64,000 nt of DNA from Gammaproteobacteria bacterium (GCA_030835925.1 JAURQW010000016.1:4731-68730), one strand, 5' to 3'; counted from the stretch's first letter, positions 42,481 through 53,060 are shown. Notes: a model not told the origin generated them from the sequence alone. A program made the numbers and translations.

Positions 42481-43680
42481 TTATATTTTCTCAAGCTTTC
42501 TAAATCTATTTGGTATTAAATTCAAATCTGCTAATGAAGACCTAAGACTATCAAAAAAACTGCAATCTTCATAGACCGCGTTGTAAAATTCTACTTTCAT
42601 AGTGATCGCAGCACCAAGTATTATGAATATAAGAGTAATGAAAGAACCAATTGCTAGAGTAGATATTCCAGTAACGCCTTGGCCAATTGTACAGCCCATA
42701 GCTAAAACACCGCCAATGCCTATTAAAACCGCACCTATAATGTGTCTAATAAAATCTTGTTTAGATAAAAACCATTCAATTCTGAAGTTTTTAGATAAAA
42801 CCGAATAAGCAAAAGCACCAGTTATAACCGATAAAAGGGCAGTTACACCAAAAGTTAAATAATATAAATCAGCTGCATTGCCAGCAAAAATTAATGTTTC
42901 GCCCATCGGATTGATAAAAGTGAATGATTGCATGCCAACGCTAGGACGAGGATCATCCAAAAAGTCATTAGCTCCAATCCATTCCTGGCCAATTACTCCT
43001 CCTGTTAATAGCCATGCCATTACAATTACTAAGCCCACAATAATGCCACTAAATACATTATCAAAATTTTGTATAAATTTACCTGATTTAAATATCATAA
43101 AGATCATTATCAATGAAACTATAATACCTAATATGAGGTTAAAATGAGCGCTATTATTAATCGAAAATATAGAAGATATAATAGTAGGTAGTGATTGGTC
43201 TAGTATTCCTATTTGAGCCAAATCAAGGCTAATAGGGTTCATCCAACTATGAAAGACTATTCCATAGAAATCAGTCCTAGTCATAACATAAGCCATAATA
43301 CCTGCAATAATCAAAACTACTAAAGATTTTAAATTACCACCACCAACTCTAATTAACACTTTATTTCCACACCCACTCGCATATGTCATGCCAATCCCAA
43401 ACATAAGACCTCCAATTATATATCGCGGCCATGCTAGGAGAGAATTTCTATAAGGTATCCTGGAATCATTTATATCAAAGAATGATAAGAAGCTTAAAAT
43501 TGCTACGCCTAATATTGCAATCGCAGCTGCTAGCATCCACGATTTAAATCTTGAAAGATCGCCAATATTGACCCAATCAGACACTGCACCCATAGTGCAA
43601 AAGTTAGTTTTCGTTACAACAAAACCTAGAATAAACCCAAGTATACCTATATAGATCAATAATTGTGTAGCTACTTCCAT
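42481..43680 (-). CDS. YeeE/YedE-family (TsuA-like) sulfur-compound transporter
   Basis: About 10 TM segments with conserved Cys-containing segments (NFCTMGA; ASGCGNKVL; MGCTIGQGVTG) typical of YeeE/YedE (DUF395) thiosulfate/sulfur transporters. Confidence 0.65.
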   Translation of the reverse strand: MEVATQLLIYIGILGFILGFVVTKTNFCTMGAVSDWVNIGDLSRFKSWMLAAAIAILGVAILSFLSFFDINDSRIPYRNSLLAWPRYIIGGLMFGIGMTYASGCGNKVLIRVGGGNLKSLVVLIIAGIMAYVMTRTDFYGIVFHSWMNPISLDLAQIGILDQSLPTIISSIFSINNSAHFNLILGIIVSLIMIFMIFKSGKFIQNFDNVFSGIIVGLVIVMAWLLTGGVIGQEWIGANDFLDDPRPSVGMQSFTFINPMGETLIFAGNAADLYYLTFGVTALLSVITGAFAYSVLSKNFRIEWFLSKQDFIRHIIGAVLIGIGGVLAMGCTIGQGVTGISTLAIGSFITLIFIILGAAITMKVEFYNAVYEDCSFFDSLRSSLADLNLIPNRFRKLEKI

Positions 43681-43750
43681 AAATCCTCTTATCTACAAAT
43701 TTAAATTCCATTAATTATATTAACAAAACTTAATATAAGCATTATATTTT

Positions 43751-44440
43751 TTATTTTTTTTTATAGTTAGTGGGGTCACTAATACCAGCATCAATAAAAC
43801 CCTGTTTTCTGAAGTGGCAAGAATCACATATGCCACATGCCTCGCCGAGATTATTTAGAGAATAGCAAGATACAGTATCACCATAATCAACATTAAGCTC
43901 AGAACCCATCTTAATAATTTCTGATTTAGAGAGATTTATCAAAGGAGTATGTATTTTAAAAGGCAATCCTTCAGAGCCAGCCTTAGTACCCAAATTTATC
44001 ATACTTTCATATGAATTAATGTATTCTGGTCTGCAATCTGGATAGCCCGAATAATCTATAGCATTAACTCCTATAAAAATGTCTCTTATAGAAAATTTTT
44101 CAGCATAAGATGCTGCAATAGATAAGAATATTGTATTCCTTGCTGGAACATATGTAATTGGTATTCCTACTGGACTACTACTTGGCACATCTATGTTAGC
44201 ATCAGTTAAAGCAGAGCCACCGATTTTAGTTAAATCTATATCAAATATTATTTGATCTACATTAGGATGCTTATCTACTATTTTTTTGCTGGCCTCTATC
44301 TCGTAACAATGTCTTTGCTTATAATTAATAGTTAGAGCAAGAACATTAAAGTTTTTGGATAAAGCATACACAAGAGTAGTAGTTGAGTCTAACCCACCCG
44401 AAAATAAAACTAATGCTTTTTTACTATCTACCACGTTCAT
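43751..44440 (-). CDS. queC: 7-cyano-7-deazaguanine synthase
   Basis: PP-loop ALVLFSGGLDSTT and C-terminal zinc Cys cluster. The start is moved to the internal ATG at 44440 (MNVVDSKK), because the upstream-extended ORF would overlap queE by 70 nt. Confidence 0.85.
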   Translation of the reverse strand: MNVVDSKKALVLFSGGLDSTTTLVYALSKNFNVLALTINYKQRHCYEIEASKKIVDKHPNVDQIIFDIDLTKIGGSALTDANIDVPSSSPVGIPITYVPARNTIFLSIAASYAEKFSIRDIFIGVNAIDYSGYPDCRPEYINSYESMINLGTKAGSEGLPFKIHTPLINLSKSEIIKMGSELNVDYGDTVSCYSLNNLGEACGICDSCHFRKQGFIDAGISDPTNYKKK

Positions 44441-45065
44441 TATTCCAAATAATCTTATGTAATTGAGTCTGTAATCTCGCTTCAATATTATCACTTAACA
44501 TATTCTCAGCCAATATACGTATATCCATCTGACCATCACTAGGCGACATTAAAATCTTACAAATATTATTTAGGTCATGCTTAATGATATAGTTTTTTGA
44601 CCATTCATAATCATCGATACTACAGATTACAAACTTTACTTGATCAGTTTTTTTAAGAAATTTATAATTATTTATAATATTATTATCTGATTCACCAGAA
44701 TCTGGGGTTTTTACATCAAGTACAACAGTAACTAATTCATGCAGCCCCTCAATAGAGATTGCATTACTCGTTTCTATTGATATTTCATAATTGAGATCTA
44801 CGAGTTGATCAATAAGTTGTTTGGTATTTTTTTGTGACAACGGTTCGCCACCAGTTATTGTAATATTCTTACAGTTATATTTTTTAATATCATCAATAAT
44901 TTCTTGGAATGACATCTTTCTGCCTTCAGTAAAAGCATATGATGTATCACAATACTGACATCTTAATGGGCAGCCAGTCAATCTAATAAAAATAGTAGGT
45001 AATCCAGCCGATAAACTTTCACCTTGTATTGAATAAAAAATTTCATTTATTATTAAATTACTCAT
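44424..45065 (-). CDS. queE: 7-carboxy-7-deazaguanine synthase (radical SAM)
   Basis: CPLRCQYCDT radical-SAM cluster motif. Length is 213 aa. Confidence 0.85.
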   Translation of the reverse strand: MSNLIINEIFYSIQGESLSAGLPTIFIRLTGCPLRCQYCDTSYAFTEGRKMSFQEIIDDIKKYNCKNITITGGEPLSQKNTKQLIDQLVDLNYEISIETSNAISIEGLHELVTVVLDVKTPDSGESDNNIINNYKFLKKTDQVKFVICSIDDYEWSKNYIIKHDLNNICKILMSPSDGQMDIRILAENMLSDNIEARLQTQLHKIIWNNERGR

Positions 45066-45069
45066 AAAA

Positions 45070-45570
45070 TCAGATTAGTTTTAAAGAATCAGGGTCACTA
45101 ATTAGCGTCATGCCATGACAAATTGCAACTCCAAGTGCATCAGATGCATCAATTTCTAATTTTCTTCTGATGTTAAGAATTGATTTAACTTTTTTTTGTA
45201 ATTGTTCTTTATCAGCAGCACCGTTTGTTGTAACAATCATTTTAACTCTTCTTGGGCTATATTCAAAAATATCAAGGGCTTCTCGGCCACATGCACAAAT
45301 AGCAGCACCTCTAGCTTGTCCTAATTTTATAGCAGTACCAGCATTGACACTAAAAAAAACTGATTCGATTGCCACATGATCTGGTTTATATTTTTGAATA
45401 ATGTCTGTAGTCGCTTGGTTTATCATAGAAAGCTTAGTTGTGTATCTATTTTTTAAACCTGTTTTAATGATTCCATGATGCACATATGAGATATCTGCAT
45501 TTTTCGATAATTTGATAACACCAAAACCAGTAATATTCGTTCCAGGATCGATACCCAATATAGTAGTCAT
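45070..45570 (-). CDS. ruvC: Holliday junction resolvase RuvC
   Basis: ILGIDPGTNITGFGVI RNase H-like N-terminus. Follows yebC as in the yebC-ruvC operon. Confidence 0.9.
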   Translation of the reverse strand: MTTILGIDPGTNITGFGVIKLSKNADISYVHHGIIKTGLKNRYTTKLSMINQATTDIIQKYKPDHVAIESVFFSVNAGTAIKLGQARGAAICACGREALDIFEYSPRRVKMIVTTNGAADKEQLQKKVKSILNIRRKLEIDASDALGVAICHGMTLISDPDSLKLI

Positions 45571-45571
45571 C

Positions 45572-46285
45572 TTAGGATAGATTGCTGTTCATATAAACAT
45601 TCTGAACATCATCTAACTCCTCTATTTTATTTGATAAGTCAGATATTTTCTCAGAATCTTCATTAGAGATATCTATGGTTGTTAAAGGATCCATTATAAT
45701 CTCCTCATCTTTAACATCTATTGATTTTGATTCAAAATATTTTTTAGTATTAAAAAGTTCAGTAGGTTTTGTAAAAATAATACATCCAGTGTCTATCATC
45801 TCAAAATCTTCAAGGTCAATGTCTTCCATATGTTCTACAAGAGCATCCTCAGATATATTGTTTAACTTCATAACGCCCACCTTTCTAAATAGATGTGACA
45901 CCGATCCATTCGTTCCAAGGCTACCACCATTTTTTGACAAAACATGTCTTAGATCTGATACAGTTCTATTTTTATTATCAGTAAGACATTCAACAATAAC
46001 AGCAATGCCTTTTGGACCATAACCTTCATATGTTATTTCCTCATAACTATCATTATTTTGACCGGTGGCTTTATCAATTGCTCTTTTAACAGTGTCTTTA
46101 GGTACATTTGATGCGTTTGCTTTTGAGAGTGCAAGTCTTAGTCTTGAGTTACTGGAAGTATCAGTTCCTCCCATTTTTGCAGCCACAGTTATTTCTCTTA
46201 TAACTTTCGTAAACGTCTTTCCTCTTTTGTTATCCTGAGCCTTTTTTCTATGCTGAATATTAGCCCATTTACTATGACCTGCCAT
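45572..46285 (-). CDS. yebC: YebC/PmpR-family transcriptional regulator
   Basis: MAGHSKWANIQHRK N-terminus conserved across the family. Confidence 0.9.
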   Translation of the reverse strand: MAGHSKWANIQHRKKAQDNKRGKTFTKVIREITVAAKMGGTDTSSNSRLRLALSKANASNVPKDTVKRAIDKATGQNNDSYEEITYEGYGPKGIAVIVECLTDNKNRTVSDLRHVLSKNGGSLGTNGSVSHLFRKVGVMKLNNISEDALVEHMEDIDLEDFEMIDTGCIIFTKPTELFNTKKYFESKSIDVKDEEIIMDPLTTIDISNEDSEKISDLSNKIEELDDVQNVYMNSNLS

Positions 46286-46286
46286 A

Positions 46287-47267
46287 TTAAGATGCCCTAT
46301 TAATTTTATTATTTAGGTTAAAGTTTATCATTCTATCTATAGGTTTTTTTGCTTTGTTTATTATATCACGTGATAATACGATTTCATTTGTTTTAGCATT
46401 GAAGACATCTAATAACTTTTGAACAATATTTAAATTCATCCATGGACATCTTCCACAACTCTTACAAGTAGCGCCCTCTCCTTCTGTTGGTGCCTCTAAA
46501 AATATTTTATTAGGCGAGAATTTTTTCATTTGATATAAAATACCTTTTTCTGTAGCCACGATAATATATTTTTTCTTACTAGCTTTTGAAGCTTCTATCA
46601 GCCTAGTTGTAGAGCCTACAGTATTTGCTAGTTGAATGATGCTACGAGGTGATTCCGGATGAACAAGTACATCGCAGTCAGGATGCTTAGCTATCATATT
46701 CTTAAGTTCAATCGTTTTATACTCTTCATGTACAATACATGAACCATCCCACAACAACATATCAGCACCCGTGGTATCAATAACATAATTACCTAAATAT
46801 TTATCTGGAGCCCAAATAAGTTTTTTGCCTAGCGAAGTAAGATGTTCAATTAATGGCACTGCCATACTTGATGTTACTACCCAATCAGAAATGGATTTTA
46901 CTTTTGCGCTAGTATTAGCATACACAACTACGTCTCTATCATTATGTGTATCACAAAACTCTTTAAACTCTGCATAATCACAACCAGTATCCAAGGAGCA
47001 TGTAGCTTCAATATCTAGCATTAATACTTTCTTATCTGGATTAAGAATTTTAGCGGTTTCACCCATAAATTTAACACCTGCTACTATTAATGTGGTTTCT
47101 TTTTGTTTAGATCCATATCTTGCCATTTCTAAACTATCACCAACAAACCCTCCAGTATCCTCCGCTAGTCTCTGTACTTGCTCGTCAACATAATAATGAG
47201 CAATAATTTTAGCATTATTTTTTAAAAGTAATTGTTTAATGCTTATAAGATGATCTGCGTAGCTCAT
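46287..47267 (-). CDS. nadA: Quinolinate synthase
   Basis: NadA family pattern with conserved Cys for the 4Fe-4S cluster. Length is 326 aa. Confidence 0.9.
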   Translation of the reverse strand: MSYADHLISIKQLLLKNNAKIIAHYYVDEQVQRLAEDTGGFVGDSLEMARYGSKQKETTLIVAGVKFMGETAKILNPDKKVLMLDIEATCSLDTGCDYAEFKEFCDTHNDRDVVVYANTSAKVKSISDWVVTSSMAVPLIEHLTSLGKKLIWAPDKYLGNYVIDTTGADMLLWDGSCIVHEEYKTIELKNMIAKHPDCDVLVHPESPRSIIQLANTVGSTTRLIEASKASKKKYIIVATEKGILYQMKKFSPNKIFLEAPTEGEGATCKSCGRCPWMNLNIVQKLLDVFNAKTNEIVLSRDIINKAKKPIDRMINFNLNNKINRAS

Positions 47268-47269
47268 AA

Positions 47270-49048
47270 TTATTTTTTAGATTTTATTGATGAAATTGAT
47301 AGCTCTTTAAGTTGTTCATTGTTTACATCAGACGGAGCATCGGTCATCAAACATGATGATGACTGTGTTTTTGGAAAAGCAATTGTATCTCTTATTGAGT
47401 CTAGTTTGAGTAAAAGCATTACAATTCTATCGATGCCAAACGCAATACCTCCATGTGGAGGACATCCATAAGATAAAGCTTTTAGAAAGAATCCAAATTT
47501 AGAATTCATGTCATCTTCATCTATTTTTAGAAGTTCAAAAATTTTCATTTGAACGTCTTTAGAATGAATACGTATCGAGCCTCCACCAATTTCATTGCCA
47601 TTTAAAATAAGATCATAGGCTCTTGAATTGATTGAATAAATATCATTATTCGATGAAAGATCGTCTGGGTTAGATGGAGCTGTGAATGGGTGATGTATAG
47701 ATGTAGGCTCTCCGTTTGAGTCTTTTTCAAATAAAGGATATTCTAAAACCCACAAAAATTTCCAGTTATCCTCTATAAGATTCAATTGAACTCCAAGCTT
47801 TTTAATGAGGGCAGCCATAGAATCATTAACAATGTCTTTTTGATCAGCAGAAAAGAATATTAAATCTCCGTCAGTAGCATCTACATGATTTAATATATTT
47901 TTAATTACATCTTCATCTAAAAATTTTTTGATAGGAGATATAATCCCGGCATCTAAATCATTAACATTTTCACATTTGAAATATGCTAGACCCTTAGCAC
48001 CAAAATTCTTAACTAGATCAGTCAAATCATCAATATCTTTTCTAGAAAGAGATATTCCATTCGGTACTCTTAATGCCGTAATTCTAGAATCAGAATTATT
48101 TACATGATCTGAGAAAACTTTAAACTCAACATCACTAACAATGTCTTTAATATCAATCAGGTTTAGTGGATTACGTAGATCAGGTTTATCACAACCGTAA
48201 CTTCTAATTGCATCACTAAAAGACATTCTCTCAAAAATTAATTCTTCTTTGAAATTCATCAGATCTTTAAAAATCTTATTACAGAGACCCTCTACAAGAG
48301 TTATTATGTCTTCTTCATCTACAAATGCAGCCTCAACATCCAACTGAGTGAACTCAGGTTGTCTATCAGATCTGAGATCCTCATCTCTAAAACATTTTGC
48401 AATTTGAAAATACTTATCAATGCCACCGATCATAAGTGTTTGTTTAAAAAGCTGTGGTGATTGTGGTAATGCAAAAAACTTTCTTTCGTGAACCCTGCTT
48501 GGCACTAAATAATCTCTTGCACCTTCAGGAGTTGTCTTGGTTAGTATAGGTGTTTCTATATCTATAAAATCATTTGAATAAAAATATTCTCTAATTGATG
48601 CTATTAATTTTGATCTAAACCTTATATTTTTTTGCATTATATTGTTTCTGAGATCGAGATATCTATATTGTAGTCTTTGATCTTCATTGACATTAATATC
48701 ATTTATTTTAAACGGTGGGTTATTAGACTTATTTAATATATCCAATGATGAAACTATAATCTCTATAGACCCCGATGCTATTTCAGAATTTATTGCTCCC
48801 TCAAGCCGAGGACTAACAGTTCCTTGTACACAAATCACATACTCTGATCTTATTGACTCAGCCAGTTTAAAAAGGCCTTGATTATCAGGATTTAAGACCA
48901 ACTGAACAATACCTGTATGATCACGTAAATCGATAAAAATAATACCGCCATGATCGCGACGCTTAGCTACCCAGCCATAGACTTTGACAGCATTTTTTAT
49001 ATGTTTGTCATTAACTTCATTACAATAGTAACGTTTCATAATTTTCAC
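47270..49048 (-). CDS. aspS: Aspartyl-tRNA synthetase
   Basis: OB-fold anticodon-binding N-terminus, class II motifs and a bacterial GAD insertion. Length is 592 aa. Confidence 0.95.
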   Translation of the reverse strand: MKIMKRYYCNEVNDKHIKNAVKVYGWVAKRRDHGGIIFIDLRDHTGIVQLVLNPDNQGLFKLAESIRSEYVICVQGTVSPRLEGAINSEIASGSIEIIVSSLDILNKSNNPPFKINDINVNEDQRLQYRYLDLRNNIMQKNIRFRSKLIASIREYFYSNDFIDIETPILTKTTPEGARDYLVPSRVHERKFFALPQSPQLFKQTLMIGGIDKYFQIAKCFRDEDLRSDRQPEFTQLDVEAAFVDEEDIITLVEGLCNKIFKDLMNFKEELIFERMSFSDAIRSYGCDKPDLRNPLNLIDIKDIVSDVEFKVFSDHVNNSDSRITALRVPNGISLSRKDIDDLTDLVKNFGAKGLAYFKCENVNDLDAGIISPIKKFLDEDVIKNILNHVDATDGDLIFFSADQKDIVNDSMAALIKKLGVQLNLIEDNWKFLWVLEYPLFEKDSNGEPTSIHHPFTAPSNPDDLSSNNDIYSINSRAYDLILNGNEIGGGSIRIHSKDVQMKIFELLKIDEDDMNSKFGFFLKALSYGCPPHGGIAFGIDRIVMLLLKLDSIRDTIAFPKTQSSSCLMTDAPSDVNNEQLKELSISSIKSKK

Positions 49049-49058
49049 TTTTTCCTAA

Positions 49059-49301
49059 TTATTTTTCAGATGTATTTGATTTAGGTTTATCATCAGATTT
49101 CTTTTTCTTGAAATCAGTTTCATACCACCCAGAACCTTTGAGTCTAAAGCCTGATGAAGATATTAGTTTTTTAACCTTGCCTTTGCTGCAAACTTTGCAG
49201 ACGTCTATATCTTTATCAGATATTTTCTGAAAATGTTCAAATATCGAACCACAATCTTGGCATTTATATTCGTAAATTGGCATATATTTGTATTTCAGCA
49301 A
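49059..49301 (-). CDS. FmdB-family zinc-ribbon protein
   Basis: MPIYEYKCQDCGSIFEHFQK...CKVCSKGKV, two CxxC pairs in the FmdB arrangement. Confidence 0.6.
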   Translation of the reverse strand: MLKYKYMPIYEYKCQDCGSIFEHFQKISDKDIDVCKVCSKGKVKKLISSSGFRLKGSGWYETDFKKKKSDDKPKSNTSEK

Positions 49302-49387
49302 TAGCGTTAATTATTTATTGTATTATACAAAAAAAATGAAGTTTTATCTCGCATAAATATAGTGTATAATCCTCGCTTAAATAGACT

Positions 49388-49702
49388 ATGAAATCAATAT
49401 ATAAATTAATAACACTACCAATTATGATCTTATTTGCTTCTGCGGGTATGGCTGATACTCCACTTCCAGGCAAAGATAAATCAGAAACTTGCCTTGGTTG
49501 TCATGCTATAGAGGGTTATAACAATGTCTATCCAACCTATAAGGTCCCTAAAGTAGCTGGACAAAATGCTGATTACATCATTTCTGCTCTTAAAGCTTAT
49601 CGTAATAAAGACAGAGTCCATGAAACAATGCATGCAAATGCATCTGCACTAACAGATCAAGATATAATCGACATAGCCAAATACTTCGAGTCACTCAAAT
49701 GA
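49388..49702 (+). CDS. Monoheme c-type cytochrome (class I, c4/c552-domain-like)
   Basis: Signal peptide, CLGCH heme motif and a downstream Met (ETMHANA) as candidate sixth ligand. Confidence 0.75.
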   Translation: MKSIYKLITLPIMILFASAGMADTPLPGKDKSETCLGCHAIEGYNNVYPTYKVPKVAGQNADYIISALKAYRNKDRVHETMHANASALTDQDIIDIAKYFESLK

Positions 49703-50025
49703 AAATAATTAAAGTCCTATTAATAATACTTACAATACCTTTATCTATTCAAAATGTGGCCGCAGATTACAATGCAGGTCAAGAGAAATCACAGGTCTGT
49801 GCAGGTTGTCATGGCGCTGATGGTAATTCACAAATTACTATGTATCCAAGGTTAGCTGGGCAACATAGAGATTATTTAGTTTATGCATTAGAAGGCTATA
49901 GGTCTGGGGATCGTAAAAACGCTATTATGAGTGGTTTTGCTAAAGGATTATCAGATCAAGATATTCAAGATTTATCTGAGTATTATTCGATGCAAAAAGG
50001 ATTAAAAACCCTACCCAAAAAATAA
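49699..50025 (+). CDS. Monoheme c-type cytochrome (class I, c4/c552-domain-like)
   Basis: Own hydrophobic signal peptide, CAGCH heme motif and downstream Met (AIMSGF). Its start overlaps the previous stop (ATGA) in a different frame. Confidence 0.75.
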   Translation: MKIIKVLLIILTIPLSIQNVAADYNAGQEKSQVCAGCHGADGNSQITMYPRLAGQHRDYLVYALEGYRSGDRKNAIMSGFAKGLSDQDIQDLSEYYSMQKGLKTLPKK

Positions 50026-50026
50026 T

Positions 50027-53000
50027 TTATAGTTTCTTAGATTCAATTGATCTATATAATGCCGGGACTAAATAAAGAGTTATAAGCGACGATAAACCAA
50101 TTCCTCCAAGGACAACGATTGCCATAGCATATCTGCTTTCAGCACCTGCTCCACTACTAAGAACTAGAGGTAGAGCTCCAAGCATTGTAGATAAGGTAGT
50201 CATTAGCACAGGTCTGAGTCTGATAAGGGATGATTCAAAAATTGCTTCTTCAATATTCTTGCCTTCTTTTCTGAGCTGGTTAGCAAATTCTACTACCAAA
50301 ATGCCATTTTTTGTAATCAAACCCACCAACATCAAAAAACCGATTTGACTATAAACGTTTATAGATGTCCCTGTTAAAAAAATTGTATAAAGACCAGCCG
50401 TTAAGGCAATTGGGACTGTAAATATTATTGCCAATGGTCTTCTAAAACTTTCAAACTGTGCAGCTAATACTAAATAAACTATAAGTATTGCAAACAAAAT
50501 AGTTATCTCTAAGCTATTACCTGCCTCAAAATATTCTTTCGAGGATCCACTATAAGAAATTTTAGCATTAGCAGGTAATGATGTCTTAGCAAGATTAGTA
50601 ACATCCTTTAGTGCGTCACCAAGAGGGTATCCGGGCGCCAAAGATGCAGAAAAAATTGTTGATGGCATCCGATTAATCCTTTGTAAACTTAAGCTTGTAG
50701 ATGTTTGCTGAGTTTTTACTAAATTTGAAAGTGGTATCAAAGATGATTTAGATGACTTAATGTAAATATTATCTAAGCTATTTAAGTTAACTCTGAATTT
50801 TTCATCGGCTTGCAAAATCACATTATATGTCAAACCATCTTTAGAAAAAGTTGTAACTTTATTTGATGCAAGCAACGTTTCCATAGTTCGTGCAATTGAC
50901 TCAGCAGAAACACCTAGCTCATAAGCTTTATCTCTATCAATCTGCAAATTTAGCCTAGGGTTAGTTATTTTATAATCTATATTTTGATTCTTTAGATTCA
51001 AGCCGGAAGATTTTTCAATGAGAATGTTGCCCCAATTATTGATTTCTTCATAATTATTACCACTAATAACAACTTGAACTGGAGGTTTAAATCTACTTCC
51101 ACCAAGACTGGGTGGATTTATGGCAAATATTCTAGCTCCAGGTATAGAAAGAAGCTTGGGAAATATTTCTCGAACTATTTTTTTTTGGTGTCTCCTATCA
51201 TCCCAGCCTGTCAAGGTTGTGAACATAAATGCTGAATTTACAGCTCCAGGTTTTCCAGAAAACCCTGGAGCTACAATAGAAAATATTGTAGATATTTCTC
51301 CGTTTTCAGAATACTGCTCTAGAGTTTTTTCAACTTGTTTCACGATTGAATCAGTATAATCAAGTGTTGCGCCTTCAGGACCGGATACAGAGATAATAAA
51401 AATGCCTCTATCTTCAGTTGGTGCAAGTTCTTTTTGAATAACCTGAAATAAAAGCACTGCAACTACTATCATAAGTATAGAAGATATATAAACTTTCTTA
51501 GGATTATCTTGAGATACTTTTAATGAGGTCTTATAAAAATTTCTAAATTTAGTTATTAACGTAGGCTCATAGTCTTTCTTAATTTGAGGTTTTATTAGTT
51601 TTGAGCATAACATAGGAGTTAAGGTAAGAGCCACAATACTGGAAAAGATTACGGCAAAAGATAATACAACGCCAAATTCAATAAATAGTCTCCCCGTCTT
51701 ACCGTCCATGAATGATAAAGGTAGAAAAACACTTATTAAAACTAAAGTAGTTGCAATAACTACAAAAGTTATTTGTTTGGCGCCTAGCACCGATGCTACT
51801 TTAGGTGATTCTCCATTGTCCAAACGACGTTTTATATTTTCAAGAACTACAATAGAATCATCAACAATTAATCCTATGGCAAGCACTAAAGCTAAAAAAG
51901 TTAATACATTTAATGAATATCCCAGGGCATAAATTACATATAATGTAGATATCAGCGATACTGGTATAGTGATCGCAGGTATAAATGTAGCTGAAGCAGT
52001 AGATAAAAAATAATATATTACCACGATAACCATTAGCATCGAAATTATCAGAGCAAAATTGACTTCAGAGATAGACTCCTCAACAAATACAGATTGATCA
52101 TAACCTATAAACATATCAATGTTTTCGGGTAAAGACGGTCTAATTAGCTCGAGTTCATCTTTAACTGCTTTAGTTACCTTCAATACGTTTGATTTTGTCT
52201 GACGTACGATTCCAAGTCCAATGGCATTATCGCCGTTAGCTCTCAAAAAACCTCTCTTGCTCTCAGCACCTATCACAATATCTGATATGTCTCCCAGTCT
52301 AATCTTTTTATTGTCATAATTTTTAATAACAATATCTTTGAACATATTTATATCAGATAACTTAGATTTTACCTGTATACCTATTTCTGTCTCTGTAGAC
52401 TCAAGTCTCCCAGCAGGTTTTTCAATATTCTCTTTATTTATAGATGATAGGACATCATCTACAGTAATCTTTCTTGATGACATTTTATCTGGATCTAACC
52501 AGATCCTTATGGCATATTTTCTCTCTCCACCAACAGTAACAGAAGCAACACCAGGCAAGATTGATAATCTATCAATTATATTTCTATCTAGGTAATCATT
52601 TAATTGGATAGTATCTAATTGTTTACTTGTAAAGCCTACCCATAAAACAGCTCTTGCATCTGTGTCTGACTTAGCTACTCTTGGTTTATCAGCATCAATT
52701 GGAAGTTGAGGAGAAGCTCTTGAAACTTTCTCTCTAACATCATTTGCCGCTGACTCCATGTCTCTAGAGAGATTAAACTCAATTCTAATACTTGATAGCT
52801 CGTCTTTACTTTCAGACTTTATCTCTTTGATGTTTGAAATACCCGCAAGAGAATCTTCAAGAACCTGCGTAATATCCCTTTCAACTATTTCAGCGGATGC
52901 ACCCCTGTATACTGTACTTACAGTGACAACAGGTTTGTCAATATCCGGATACTCTCTAATACTAATTTTGTCATAAGATACTAGACCAACAAGAACTAGA

Positions 53001-53059
53001 AATAGACTTATAACTGTAGCCAAAACAGGTCGATTAACTGTAATTTCAGATATATGCAT
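50027..53059 (-). CDS. RND multidrug efflux transporter (AcrB/HAE1 family)
   Basis: 1010 aa, 12-TM RND architecture with two large periplasmic loops. Confidence 0.9.
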   Translation of the reverse strand: MHISEITVNRPVLATVISLFLVLVGLVSYDKISIREYPDIDKPVVTVSTVYRGASAEIVERDITQVLEDSLAGISNIKEIKSESKDELSSIRIEFNLSRDMESAANDVREKVSRASPQLPIDADKPRVAKSDTDARAVLWVGFTSKQLDTIQLNDYLDRNIIDRLSILPGVASVTVGGERKYAIRIWLDPDKMSSRKITVDDVLSSINKENIEKPAGRLESTETEIGIQVKSKLSDINMFKDIVIKNYDNKKIRLGDISDIVIGAESKRGFLRANGDNAIGLGIVRQTKSNVLKVTKAVKDELELIRPSLPENIDMFIGYDQSVFVEESISEVNFALIISMLMVIVVIYYFLSTASATFIPAITIPVSLISTLYVIYALGYSLNVLTFLALVLAIGLIVDDSIVVLENIKRRLDNGESPKVASVLGAKQITFVVIATTLVLISVFLPLSFMDGKTGRLFIEFGVVLSFAVIFSSIVALTLTPMLCSKLIKPQIKKDYEPTLITKFRNFYKTSLKVSQDNPKKVYISSILMIVVAVLLFQVIQKELAPTEDRGIFIISVSGPEGATLDYTDSIVKQVEKTLEQYSENGEISTIFSIVAPGFSGKPGAVNSAFMFTTLTGWDDRRHQKKIVREIFPKLLSIPGARIFAINPPSLGGSRFKPPVQVVISGNNYEEINNWGNILIEKSSGLNLKNQNIDYKITNPRLNLQIDRDKAYELGVSAESIARTMETLLASNKVTTFSKDGLTYNVILQADEKFRVNLNSLDNIYIKSSKSSLIPLSNLVKTQQTSTSLSLQRINRMPSTIFSASLAPGYPLGDALKDVTNLAKTSLPANAKISYSGSSKEYFEAGNSLEITILFAILIVYLVLAAQFESFRRPLAIIFTVPIALTAGLYTIFLTGTSINVYSQIGFLMLVGLITKNGILVVEFANQLRKEGKNIEEAIFESSLIRLRPVLMTTLSTMLGALPLVLSSGAGAESRYAMAIVVLGGIGLSSLITLYLVPALYRSIESKKL

Positions 53060-53060
53060 T

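Noticed and set aside
43751-44494. The long form of queC, which starts at 44494 and overlaps queE by 70 nt.
   Set aside because: The N-terminal 18 aa (MIILKRDYRLNYIRLFGI) are not QueC-like. An internal ATG at 44440 gives the canonical MNVVDSKKALVLFSGGLDSTT start immediately after the queE stop, so the shorter model is preferred.
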